The position numbers were made by a program, and so were the translations under genes. The notes beneath the pieces are model-generated. The model searched no databases, was not told the origin of the DNA, and saw nothing but the letters and a program-made list of their open reading frames with translations. This document shows positions 30,528 through 39,009 of a DNA stretch of 64,000 nucleotides, piece after piece. Position 1 is the stretch's first letter, and every line of letters starts with the position of its first letter. This DNA comes from a virus: IMG/VR virus record IMGVR_UViG_3300027759_000070, positions 22,972-86,971 of that record; one strand, 5' to 3'.

Positions 30528-30543
30528 ATTATTATTGTATTAA

Positions 30544-30963
30544 TTATACTGATTCATCCTCATTATCAAGTGATTTTTTTCTAGATTTTATTAGTTCCCA
30601 CTCATAACTTAATCTTTTCAAACCGTCATATGTAAATCTACAAACAGGAAATCTTATGTGTGCATCTTCTATTTTAGCCCATACAAAATCAGAATGTTCA
30701 TCACTCAATTTAACATTTCCTACATATGTCCATCCCTTAAATAGACAAAAATTTGGTTTTTTTTGAATTATTTTACAAGATGATATATTTAAATTTGTTT
30801 CTTCTTTAACTTCTCTGATTAATCCTGTGGTGAATGTTTCGTTTATCTTGATATGACCACCAGGAAAATGATATTTATTTAATGTTTTTGACTTTAACAA
30901 CAAAACCCTCCCACTTCTCAAGATCATTATTTTAGAAACTTTATTTGTGTCGTTTTTATCCAT
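30544..30963 (-). CDS. Nudix hydrolase
   Basis: FPGGHI...E....GLIREVKEETNL Nudix box, LSDEH; ATG 30963 follows CTAAGTA-N5. Confidence 0.88.
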   Translation of the reverse strand: MDKNDTNKVSKIMILRSGRVLLLKSKTLNKYHFPGGHIKINETFTTGLIREVKEETNLNISSCKIIQKKPNFCLFKGWTYVGNVKLSDEHSDFVWAKIEDAHIRFPVCRFTYDGLKRLSYEWELIKSRKKSLDNEDESV

Positions 30964-31025
30964 GATAATACTTAGTATATCATGGAATGTATTGAAAGGC
31001 AAACAAAAGCTGATAAATAACATTG

Positions 31026-31793
31026 ATGGCAAAAAAACTTCGTAAAAAAGAGGTTGTCGATAGCAATATCGACGAATATGTTATATTAAACAACATAGAA
31101 ACTAGCACAAAAAAAGAATGGTTTTTGAACTATAAAATACACAATCAATTTAAATTAAATGATGTCCACAACTCTTTTATGGAATTGTTACTGTACAAAG
31201 ATACTAAAATGGTATTTGTGGACGGCCCAGCAGGGTCTGGTAAGTCTTATTTGGCTGTATATGGTGCATTACAAATGCTCCTAAAGAAACAAATAAACCA
31301 AATTGTATATATTCGTTCTATTGTTGAAAGTGCTTCTAAGAGTATGGGGAGTTTACCCGGTGAACTACAAGATAAATTCCAACCTTGGTCACTGCCTTTA
31401 ATAGAAAAATTGGACGAATTAGTTGGATCTAAGATTGGAGGGGAGTTGATCCGTAACAACTATATCAAATGTATGCCTGTGAACTTTGTTAGAGGTCTTA
31501 CATTTAGAGACAGTGTAGTTATTGTAGACGAATCTCAAAATCTTACTACTGCCGAATTAACTACTATTTTAACTCGTTTTGGAGAAAATACCAAATATAT
31601 TGTAATTGGTGATAGCTTTCAATCTGATATTGGAGCATCCAAGAATGGATTTACAAAAATCCGCAATGTGTTTGATAATGCGGATAGTGAAGAAAAGGGA
31701 ATACACAACTTTATTTTTAGTGAAAATGAAGTTGTGCGTTCGCAAATCCTCAAATTTATAGTAAAGAAGTTAGAAACTATCCAGATCCATTAG
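31026..31793 (+). CDS. phoH: PhoH-like ATPase
   Basis: GPAGSGKS, G.LPG, RGLTF, DESQN, LTRFG, GD..QSD, VVRS. Confidence 0.95.
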   Translation: MAKKLRKKEVVDSNIDEYVILNNIETSTKKEWFLNYKIHNQFKLNDVHNSFMELLLYKDTKMVFVDGPAGSGKSYLAVYGALQMLLKKQINQIVYIRSIVESASKSMGSLPGELQDKFQPWSLPLIEKLDELVGSKIGGELIRNNYIKCMPVNFVRGLTFRDSVVIVDESQNLTTAELTTILTRFGENTKYIVIGDSFQSDIGASKNGFTKIRNVFDNADSEEKGIHNFIFSENEVVRSQILKFIVKKLETIQIH

Positions 31794-32049
31794 CTTCTAA
31801 CATTTGCAATTCTCTAATTGCATCTTCGACAGAAACAGTCCGTAAACCATTTGCTTTATTCTCTGGTTTACGGACTGTTTCGTTTTCTTTTGTAAGTTCA
31901 GATATTTTTGAAAATACAGATTGTTCCAAATTTACGAAATGAGGATCTCTTTCAAATGATGTTCCACCAAAAGATCCTCCACCAGACATTCTAACTTGTC
32001 CTCTGGGTCTTACTGTACTAGAATACAAATTTGCTAGTTCTGGTTCCAT
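31777..32049 (-). CDS. Hypothetical protein
   Basis: 90 aa ORF coupled to upstream stop. Confidence 0.65.
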   Translation of the reverse strand: MEPELANLYSSTVRPRGQVRMSGGGSFGGTSFERDPHFVNLEQSVFSKISELTKENETVRKPENKANGLRTVSVEDAIRELQMLEANGSG

Positions 32050-32780
32050 TATCTCTTAACATGAAGGCTGGTTTTTCCTCCTAAATATGCTAAAATAAAA
32101 AGCCAATCTCGCTTTTCTGTGTTTGATTTTCCTACACCCAAAGGTTTTAGATATTTTTGTAAATCTTGTTGAACCCCAATAAAAACTTTCTCTGTTTCTG
32201 CTTGCCTTTTTTTGTAATCTTCTCCTTGAGTATTTTTTAATTTATCTTCGGCTTCTTTAGAAGTTTTTTGAATTTCTTCTTTTATTTTATTTTGAGTTTC
32301 TGTATCGAATAAATTTAATGTATTTAAATCCATTTCAGAAATTAATTTTTCAATTCCTTCTAGTTGATCTAAATCAACACCTCTTGTTTGCATTCTTTTT
32401 TCTCCTAACTTAGGATCATTAACTAGATCATAATATGATATTTTTGTATTGTTTATATATTTGCGTCCTGAAGATAACGGTACATACGAACTATCTGTAA
32501 ATGTAATTTCAGTTCTAATAAACATTGGATCATTTTTTAAATCATCTTTAACTCCTTGTAATACTTCTGCATTTTTAGCTCTTACTTCAGATCTTTGTCC
32601 TTGTTGATCTTGGCGGACCTGACCAAATGCCTGCACATAAGGATTGTCAGCATATGCCTGCTTTACTACATTTCCTACGGCTTTACCTATTGTTTTTGGA
32701 ATAGCAGCAGCTATAGAACCTAATAGTCCTTCAACTACAAATTGTTCCATGTATTGTTTATATGTTTTTTCAAATTTCAT
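32049..32780 (-). CDS. Hypothetical protein, possible internal head protein
   Basis: N-terminus MKFEKTYKQYMEQFVVEG. Confidence 0.7.
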   Translation of the reverse strand: MKFEKTYKQYMEQFVVEGLLGSIAAAIPKTIGKAVGNVVKQAYADNPYVQAFGQVRQDQQGQRSEVRAKNAEVLQGVKDDLKNDPMFIRTEITFTDSSYVPLSSGRKYINNTKISYYDLVNDPKLGEKRMQTRGVDLDQLEGIEKLISEMDLNTLNLFDTETQNKIKEEIQKTSKEAEDKLKNTQGEDYKKRQAETEKVFIGVQQDLQKYLKPLGVGKSNTEKRDWLFILAYLGGKTSLHVKR

Positions 32781-33205
32781 TATAGATACTCCGTTCTATA
32801 TATATCCAAAAGATCTTGATCTGTGCATCCATTATCTTTTAAAAATGATTCCAGCATTTGTATGTTTGAACTGTTCATCACCAATTGGACTAAAGGGCTA
32901 TCGAACTTCATACCTTTTTCTTCCTTCAAAAATACCAAGACATTAAGTTTAAATTTTTCAAGTTTGGTTAATCCACTCTCCACATCAATCATCCCACATG
33001 GAATAGTTGCTACTAGTCCACCGTCAATTTCTTCAAAATACATTTTAGCATTAACCCCATCTTCGGCTATAATGAATCCTTCATAACCTTGAAATTTAGA
33101 TATTTCACCTTTTTCGCAATATGCTGGATCTACTTTTAATCTAACTTTTCGTAAATTTACGGTTCTAAAAGAATTTTCTAGAAATTTATTGAAACGGCTG
33201 CTCAT
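32780..33205 (-). CDS. Hypothetical protein
   Basis: TTAAATA-N6-ATG; MSSRFNKFLE. Confidence 0.7.
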   Translation of the reverse strand: MSSRFNKFLENSFRTVNLRKVRLKVDPAYCEKGEISKFQGYEGFIIAEDGVNAKMYFEEIDGGLVATIPCGMIDVESGLTKLEKFKLNVLVFLKEEKGMKFDSPLVQLVMNSSNIQMLESFLKDNGCTDQDLLDIYRTEYL

Positions 33206-33210
33206 AATGA

Positions 33211-33618
33211 TTATTTAACTTTCACCACCGCATTTATAAGTTTTAAGAACTCCAAGCCCAATAAAACCTTTTCATCATTATCTTTTCTATCACAGATGCT
33301 AAATTTTACATTCTTGTAGATTTTACCTTTAAGTTTAAAATCAAATTTAACTATTGGTCTATCTTCTACAGTAGAAGCACCAACATTAATTTTAATCGTA
33401 TCTACTAAAGGCTTTTGTATTTCTTTGCCTTTATCTGTTTTGAATGTGACAATATCCCCTTGGATCTTTATATCTTCACCATGCAAAGCATTATATGCAT
33501 CATTTCCTGTATCTACTTTTGCGACATAATCACCAACATCTCTTATTACAACTGGTTCTTTAGGTAAGAAAGTAGTAGAGTTTTCGGATTTTGAATAAAA
33601 TTCCTTGAATAGGATCAT
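33211..33618 (-). CDS. Retropepsin-like aspartic protease (RimK-associated type)
   Basis: AKVDTGN...ALH, E.RPIV, DR, VLLG..FL. Confidence 0.85.
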   Translation of the reverse strand: MILFKEFYSKSENSTTFLPKEPVVIRDVGDYVAKVDTGNDAYNALHGEDIKIQGDIVTFKTDKGKEIQKPLVDTIKINVGASTVEDRPIVKFDFKLKGKIYKNVKFSICDRKDNDEKVLLGLEFLKLINAVVKVK

Positions 33619-33633
33619 TCAATTATTTAGTCA

Positions 33634-33903
33634 TTATAGAGTAGAAGTAAGAGAAGGCTTCTTATTCTTATCAGTTTTAGCACCCCCAACAGCAGCAATT
33701 GCTTTTGCTTCAGGAGAATTAGGGTTGGATGCTTTCTTCAAAGCATTGATTTCATCCTGTTTTTGTTTGATTGCTTTTTGTTGATCTACTGGAGAAAGTC
33801 CCTCTGCATCTTCGTCTTTAATTTTATCTTCAAAAATGTATCTTTTTAGATATGCATTAATTTTATCATCATAAGATTCTTTTTTTACAGATTTTACAGA
33901 CAT
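33634..33903 (-). CDS. Hypothetical protein
   Basis: ATAAATA-N5-ATG; 89 aa. Confidence 0.65.
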   Translation of the reverse strand: MSVKSVKKESYDDKINAYLKRYIFEDKIKDEDAEGLSPVDQQKAIKQKQDEINALKKASNPNSPEAKAIAAVGGAKTDKNKKPSLTSTL

Positions 33904-33907
33904 AAAA

Positions 33908-34366
33908 TTATTTATCTTTCTTTATATACTTTTTGTAAAAGTATCCTTCTTGGACGGGTTCTTCTGATTTTTTATTGTAAAAATCATCAACCTCTTGTAC
34001 CGCATCTTCGATTTCTCCTAAACCTTGGGCAGAAGTCTGTGATAAAGATGCTTTTTTAATTGTGTTTAATAGTGTAGATATCTTTGGTGGATATTTTGCC
34101 TGACCCATTCTTTGTTCATTTCTTAAAAAGTCTACAATTTTACCCAACAAAGTAACCATTTCGTCCATTGCTGTTTCCACTTGATTGGACATTTTTTCTC
34201 CAGCTTTTTCTATGTCATCCCCAGCTTTCTGTTGATCTGGTGTTGGTCCCCCTACACCCCCAGAAGAACCAGCCTGTGCTTCTGGGGGAGGCATAGCAGC
34301 ATCTTCTGGAGGAGGTGCTTGTTCTAACAATTTGTATGATTTTTTAACTAACTTAGAAAACTTCAT
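33908..34366 (-). CDS. Hypothetical protein, possible internal head protein
   Basis: MKFSKLVKKSYKLLEQ followed by P/G-rich linker; ATAAATA-N5-ATG. Confidence 0.7.
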   Translation of the reverse strand: MKFSKLVKKSYKLLEQAPPPEDAAMPPPEAQAGSSGGVGGPTPDQQKAGDDIEKAGEKMSNQVETAMDEMVTLLGKIVDFLRNEQRMGQAKYPPKISTLLNTIKKASLSQTSAQGLGEIEDAVQEVDDFYNKKSEEPVQEGYFYKKYIKKDK

Positions 34367-34370
34367 ACGA

Positions 34371-34883
34371 TTATTTATTTAATAGTAACTTAGTTTGTAA
34401 ACTATTTTTAATTTTTGCCTCTAAATGCTTTAAATTATTTTTTTCTGTGTATTCTTTAATTTTTTTAAAATTTGTCTCTGGTTTGTTTTGTAATATTTTT
34501 TTAAGTTTGTAAATTAATTGAGTGTCAACACTTAACTCTTCCGAAATTACAAATACGTTAAAATTAAATATTTTTATTGACTTATTTAAAATTTTATGTA
34601 TAATTGCTTTACAAGCTTCTTCCTCAAATGTTAAATTTAATATTTTTAAATTTAATTCTTGGTTAAAAACTAAAACATTGTCTATGTTTTGTTTAAAATG
34701 AGATAAAATTTCATTTATTATAAAATGTTTAAATATATTATTAAGATCTCTAGAATTAATATTTATTTTTAAATTATTCTCGTACAAGAAATTAGAAATC
34801 TCTAATTCTATTTTTTCTGATAAAAGTAAATTTAAACTTATAAGATTTAAATTATATTCTTTAATCTCATGATTGAAAATCAT
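34371..34883 (-). CDS. Hypothetical protein
   Basis: ATG 5 nt downstream of a consensus promoter; very AT-rich. Confidence 0.65.
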   Translation of the reverse strand: MIFNHEIKEYNLNLISLNLLLSEKIELEISNFLYENNLKININSRDLNNIFKHFIINEILSHFKQNIDNVLVFNQELNLKILNLTFEEEACKAIIHKILNKSIKIFNFNVFVISEELSVDTQLIYKLKKILQNKPETNFKKIKEYTEKNNLKHLEAKIKNSLQTKLLLNK

Positions 34884-34888
34884 TATCA

Positions 34889-34917
34889 ATTATAACACAT
34901 CTACTATTCATTGTCAA
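34889..34917 (-). promoter_or_regulatory. Consensus sigma70 promoter
   Basis: TTGACA-N17-TATAAT with extended -10 TG. Confidence 0.85.
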
Positions 34918-35313
34918 CTACAATTTTACTTTTCCTAGTCGAAGATTTATAATTCCATTATAATAATCTTCTTTGAGGAGAACTTCTCTATCAAATTGTT
35001 CCTTTGCTTCGTAATAAGCCATTTGACTTTTATTTGCACAGAACCTTAATATTTCAAAAGTAAACTGGTCTTTACCGTGTTTTAGAATATCTTCGTTAAG
35101 TTCTTTAGAAGAACTTGTGTACGTTCTCCATTTTGATTCTTTTGTATCTCTTCTAGCCCGTGTTTTTCCTTTTAAAGGCTTTCTTTTAATATTAGATATC
35201 ATTTGTTTTTTACCTATATACTTTTTATTCGTAACCGTATTGGTTATTATGTATATAAATCCAAATGAGTTTTCGGGAATTTCTTGATTAGTAATCCAAT
35301 GACCTAGATCCAT
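34918..35313 (-). CDS. GIY-YIG endonuclease, T4 endonuclease II (DenA)-like
   Basis: FGFIYIITN...KKYIGKKQ, ESKWRTYTSSS, F.FEIL, YYNG.I. Confidence 0.85.
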   Translation of the reverse strand: MDLGHWITNQEIPENSFGFIYIITNTVTNKKYIGKKQMISNIKRKPLKGKTRARRDTKESKWRTYTSSSKELNEDILKHGKDQFTFEILRFCANKSQMAYYEAKEQFDREVLLKEDYYNGIINLRLGKVKL

Positions 35314-35321
35314 TCAACTAC

Positions 35322-35567
35322 TTACTTCTTAGATTTGCTTTTTCTATCTTTTTTAGATTCTTTATTAAAGTTTAAATTTCTTTTAATCGGTCCACCAAAA
35401 ATAGATTTCGGCATAACATTACTTCCTGTTGCATAACTATCCGTATTACCAAAAGATCCACCAGTATTTCCAATTGGACCAGAAGCAGGAGAACCCATCA
35501 CACTACCCAATCCACCAGCAGTCATCATTTCCATTAATTGAGTGTATAATTTATCAAACTTATTCAT
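35322..35567 (-). CDS. Hypothetical protein, possible internal head protein
   Basis: MNKFDKLYTQLME, Gly-rich middle, basic tail; TTAAATA-N5-ATG. Confidence 0.65.
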   Translation of the reverse strand: MNKFDKLYTQLMEMMTAGGLGSVMGSPASGPIGNTGGSFGNTDSYATGSNVMPKSIFGGPIKRNLNFNKESKKDRKSKSKK

Positions 35568-35595
35568 TGAATTATTTAACTAAATATGGTATAAT
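35567..35595 (+). promoter_or_regulatory. Sigma70-like promoter of uvsY-uvsW
   Basis: TTGAAT-N17-TATAAT with TG, 5 nt before ATG. Confidence 0.7.
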
Positions 35596-35600
35596 GTATT

Positions 35601-35996
35601 ATGAATTTATATTCTAGATATAAGAAGGAAATATCTGATGATTTAAAATTTGATGCTTTTAATTTAAAGGAAACTGCAATGTTGGTTCCTTCTAAAAAGC
35701 ATTTTTGGATAGCAAGATTAAATGATCATAGAATCGAAGTTGCAGATCTCAAATCTAAAAAAATTAAGATCATAAAAACTTTGATGCAAAAAGCCGAACA
35801 AGCATCTCCAGTAAAATTATCCAAAGCTAATTTGGAAAAAATGTTAGAAGAGATGCCAGAAATGTTGGAGTTGGACGCAAAAATAGCCGAACAAGAACAT
35901 TTGGTTAAATACCTTGAAGATTCTAAATGGGTTTTTGCATCATTTACAGATGATGTTAAAAACGCGATAGAAACTACCAAGTTAGAACAAATGTAA
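35601..35996 (+). CDS. uvsY: Recombination mediator UvsY
   Basis: Helical 131 aa; DLKFD..NL, P.KKHFW, DVKNAIE; adjacent to uvsW. Confidence 0.75.
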   Translation: MNLYSRYKKEISDDLKFDAFNLKETAMLVPSKKHFWIARLNDHRIEVADLKSKKIKIIKTLMQKAEQASPVKLSKANLEKMLEEMPEMLELDAKIAEQEHLVKYLEDSKWVFASFTDDVKNAIETTKLEQM

Positions 35997-37444
35997 TGAT
36001 TAAGTTAGATTTTGATACAAAAAAATGCAAGGCAATTATTTCTGGAGATAGATTTTTGGAAATAAAAGAGCATTTTTCTGTGGAAAATCCAGCAGCAAAA
36101 TTTAATCGATCTTTTTATATACCTAAAAGATTGTATGCCATAGCTTCTAATGGATACTTTGATATTGGATTATTTGATGAAATAAAAGCATTTTTATTTG
36201 AAAAACAATACAAAGTAGAATATGAATACACTCAACCATTTCTTGATGAGTTAACTCCTAAATTGGACAAGCCTTTAATAAAAAGATTGTCTTTGAAGCT
36301 TAGAGATTATCAAGAAGAAACTGTTAAAAGATGCATGTCAGAAGGAAGAGGTATTGCACTATTGGGTACAGGAGCAGGGAAGACGTTAACTATAGCTACT
36401 TTGATAGAAAATTTCTATTTGTATGCAAAAGACGTTAAAAAATTTAAGTGTCTTATTATAGTACCAGATTTGGGTCTTGTCAACCAAACATATAAAGATT
36501 TTGAAACTTATAATGTAAGTTTTACACAATCAAGATGGACAGGATCAATCAAGCCAGATTTTGAGGCCAACGTGATTATAGCAAATATTGATATCTTACG
36601 AAGTAAATTTGATCAAAATGATTGGATCAAGGACATTGATATCTTAATCGTAGATGAAGCCCATAAAATGGGAAAGGGTAATAAGTCGTCTAAAATTTTA
36701 GATAAGATAAAAACTCCAAATAAATTTGGATTTACTGGCACACTCCCAACAGATAACATAGACAAATGGAATGTCACGGGAAAAATTGGAGGAGTTCTAA
36801 TAATTAAAAGTTCATACGAACTAAGAGAAGAAAAATTCTTAACAACAGTACATGTTAAGATGTTAAATCTTTTATATAGAGATGTTCCAAAACCTATAAT
36901 TAATACAGGAAATACTACTGATGATTATCATAATGAATTAATTTTTATATCAAATAATGAATTTAGAAATAAAGTAATACAGACTACATGTAATAACTTT
37001 AAAAATAATATATTAATATTGATTAATAATATTAATCATGGTCAGCATTTGTTTGATTTGTTTTCTAAAAATCTACCAGATAAACAAGTATATTTTATCA
37101 GAGGAGAAGTGGATGTAGAAGACAGAGATAAGGTTAAAGCAATAATGGAAACCTCAAATAATGTAGTTTGTATTGCTATAAGTGCGATATTTTCTACTGG
37201 AGTGAATATTAAAAACATTCACATGATTATTTTTGCTGCTGGTGGAAAAAGTTTCATCAGAACAGTCCAAAGCATAGGTCGTGGACTTCGTCTAAATGAA
37301 AATAAAGACGAATTAATCATTATAGATATATGTGATTTATTAGATTATGGTTCAAATCATGCTGAAAAACGCAAAGAGATATATAATAAAGAAAAAATTA
37401 CATTTAGTCAACATTTAATTAAAGAAAAACAGTTGATAAATTAA
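35996..37444 (+). CDS. uvsW: UvsW helicase
   Basis: LRDYQ, GTGAGKT, DEAH, GFTGTL, FSTGVNIKN, QSIGRGLR. Confidence 0.93.
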   Translation: MIKLDFDTKKCKAIISGDRFLEIKEHFSVENPAAKFNRSFYIPKRLYAIASNGYFDIGLFDEIKAFLFEKQYKVEYEYTQPFLDELTPKLDKPLIKRLSLKLRDYQEETVKRCMSEGRGIALLGTGAGKTLTIATLIENFYLYAKDVKKFKCLIIVPDLGLVNQTYKDFETYNVSFTQSRWTGSIKPDFEANVIIANIDILRSKFDQNDWIKDIDILIVDEAHKMGKGNKSSKILDKIKTPNKFGFTGTLPTDNIDKWNVTGKIGGVLIIKSSYELREEKFLTTVHVKMLNLLYRDVPKPIINTGNTTDDYHNELIFISNNEFRNKVIQTTCNNFKNNILILINNINHGQHLFDLFSKNLPDKQVYFIRGEVDVEDRDKVKAIMETSNNVVCIAISAIFSTGVNIKNIHMIIFAAGGKSFIRTVQSIGRGLRLNENKDELIIIDICDLLDYGSNHAEKRKEIYNKEKITFSQHLIKEKQLIN

Positions 37445-37467
37445 AAACATAATGTATAATGTTTTTA

Positions 37468-37926
37468 ATGTCAAATGAAGAAAATGTAAAACCAAAAAAG
37501 AACAAAGATGCATATTATGTAGATCCCGTTGTTTTTAAAAATGAAATCAAAGAGTACTATAACACTGCTGTTTGTAATGACTTCTTGGGAGAATGTTTGA
37601 ATAAAATTGCCGAAGGACTTGGATATAATCCCAAATTTATCAATTATTCATACAAAGAAGAAATGATTGGGGATGCATTAATTAAAATGTTCAGCGCATT
37701 AAAAAGAAAAAAATTTGACGTTACAACCGACACATCACCTTTTGGATATTTCACTACTATAGCATTTCATGCATTCATTAATCGAATTAAAAAGGAAAAG
37801 AAACACCATGATACAATTAATGAATACAAACAAAGAAAATACGAAGAAGAGATGTCTTCTTCTGAAGGTCATATATACGTCAAGCCGATTTTAGATTCTA
37901 CTGAAGAAGATCCATTTTGGGATTGA
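37468..37926 (+). CDS. gp55: Late sigma factor (gp55)
   Basis: YYVD, KIAEGL...PKFINYSYKEEMIGDA, PFGYFTTIAFHAFINRIKKEKK; start placed after TTGATA-N16-TATAAT (track ATG 37459 overlaps the -10). Confidence 0.93.
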   Translation: MSNEENVKPKKNKDAYYVDPVVFKNEIKEYYNTAVCNDFLGECLNKIAEGLGYNPKFINYSYKEEMIGDALIKMFSALKRKKFDVTTDTSPFGYFTTIAFHAFINRIKKEKKHHDTINEYKQRKYEEEMSSSEGHIYVKPILDSTEEDPFWD

Positions 37927-37956
37927 CGAATGGAATTTTTAGTGTATGATATAAGG

Positions 37957-39009
37957 ATGTCGTATTTTAAAAAATCAGAGGTAGCAATATTTTCTGATAT
38001 CCACATTGGTCTACAGCAGAATTCTAAGTTTTGGCACGATGTCTCTTGGAAGTGGGCTGAATGGTTCATTCAGGATATCAAGAAAAAGGGTATAAAAGAT
38101 GTAGTTTTTTGTGGAGATTATTTCCACACTAGAGACGAAGTGTCAGTAGACACATTGCACTTCGGTTCTAAACTTTTAGAATTGTTCAAAGATTTTAACG
38201 TAATCATGCTGGTTGGAAACCATGATTGCTTTCTTAAGGATAGTTCTGAAGTAAATTCTATTTCACCATACTCCCAATGGAGTAATATTAAGATTATAGA
38301 TAAGCTTTGCACAACAGAAGCTTACGACAAAAGAATTAACTTTGTCCCTTGGGGTACAAAGTACGAAGATATACCGAATGCTGACATTACATTTGGTCAT
38401 TTTGAAATTAATCTTTATAAAATGAATACCTTTGCCATATGTCATGATGGCATTGAAGATGAAGACTTCGTAGAAAAGTCTCCATTAATTATTTCTGGTC
38501 ACTTCCATTTAAGAGATGAAAGAAATTATTCCAATGGTGGGAAGATAATGTATGTAGGGAATCCATTCCAGATGGATTTTAATGATGCGGGTACAGTAAA
38601 AGGATACTATACATTAGACTTAAAAACTGGAAAAACTAATTTTACAGAAAATACACATTCACCAAAACACCAGAGTGTATTACTTTCTGATTTGATTATA
38701 GAGAAAACTGTAAACGATAAAGTTAGAAAATTATTCCATAACAATTTAGTAAAATTAAAGGTTGATAGGAGAGTAACCCATGATGATATGGAGTTTCTTA
38801 TTAATGTATTCAAAGGATTAAACCCATCCCAGTTCAACATCGAATATGAATCCAATTTTTCTGAATTTGATTTAGAAGAAGAAAAGAAAGATTTTTCTGG
38901 AATTGATATCCAACAAGCAATAATAGATTTTATCGAAATGATGGACGCAAACAATAAAAAAGATTTGATTGATTATACTGTAGATTTGTATCAAAAGGTT
39001 GCAAAATGA
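37957..39009 (+). CDS. gp47: Recombination nuclease subunit gp47 (Mre11/SbcD-like)
   Basis: SDIHIG, GD.F, GNHD, GHFE, SGHFH, YVGNP; start after TTGACG-N16-TATGAT. Confidence 0.93.
   Translation: MSYFKKSEVAIFSDIHIGLQQNSKFWHDVSWKWAEWFIQDIKKKGIKDVVFCGDYFHTRDEVSVDTLHFGSKLLELFKDFNVIMLVGNHDCFLKDSSEVNSISPYSQWSNIKIIDKLCTTEAYDKRINFVPWGTKYEDIPNADITFGHFEINLYKMNTFAICHDGIEDEDFVEKSPLIISGHFHLRDERNYSNGGKIMYVGNPFQMDFNDAGTVKGYYTLDLKTGKTNFTENTHSPKHQSVLLSDLIIEKTVNDKVRKLFHNNLVKLKVDRRVTHDDMEFLINVFKGLNPSQFNIEYESNFSEFDLEEEKKDFSGIDIQQAIIDFIEMMDANNKKDLIDYTVDLYQKVAK

Noticed and set aside
34918-35313. Mobile homing endonuclease
   Set aside because: Only 131 aa, catalytic domain without a DNA-binding extension; better fits an EndoII/DenA-like nuclease
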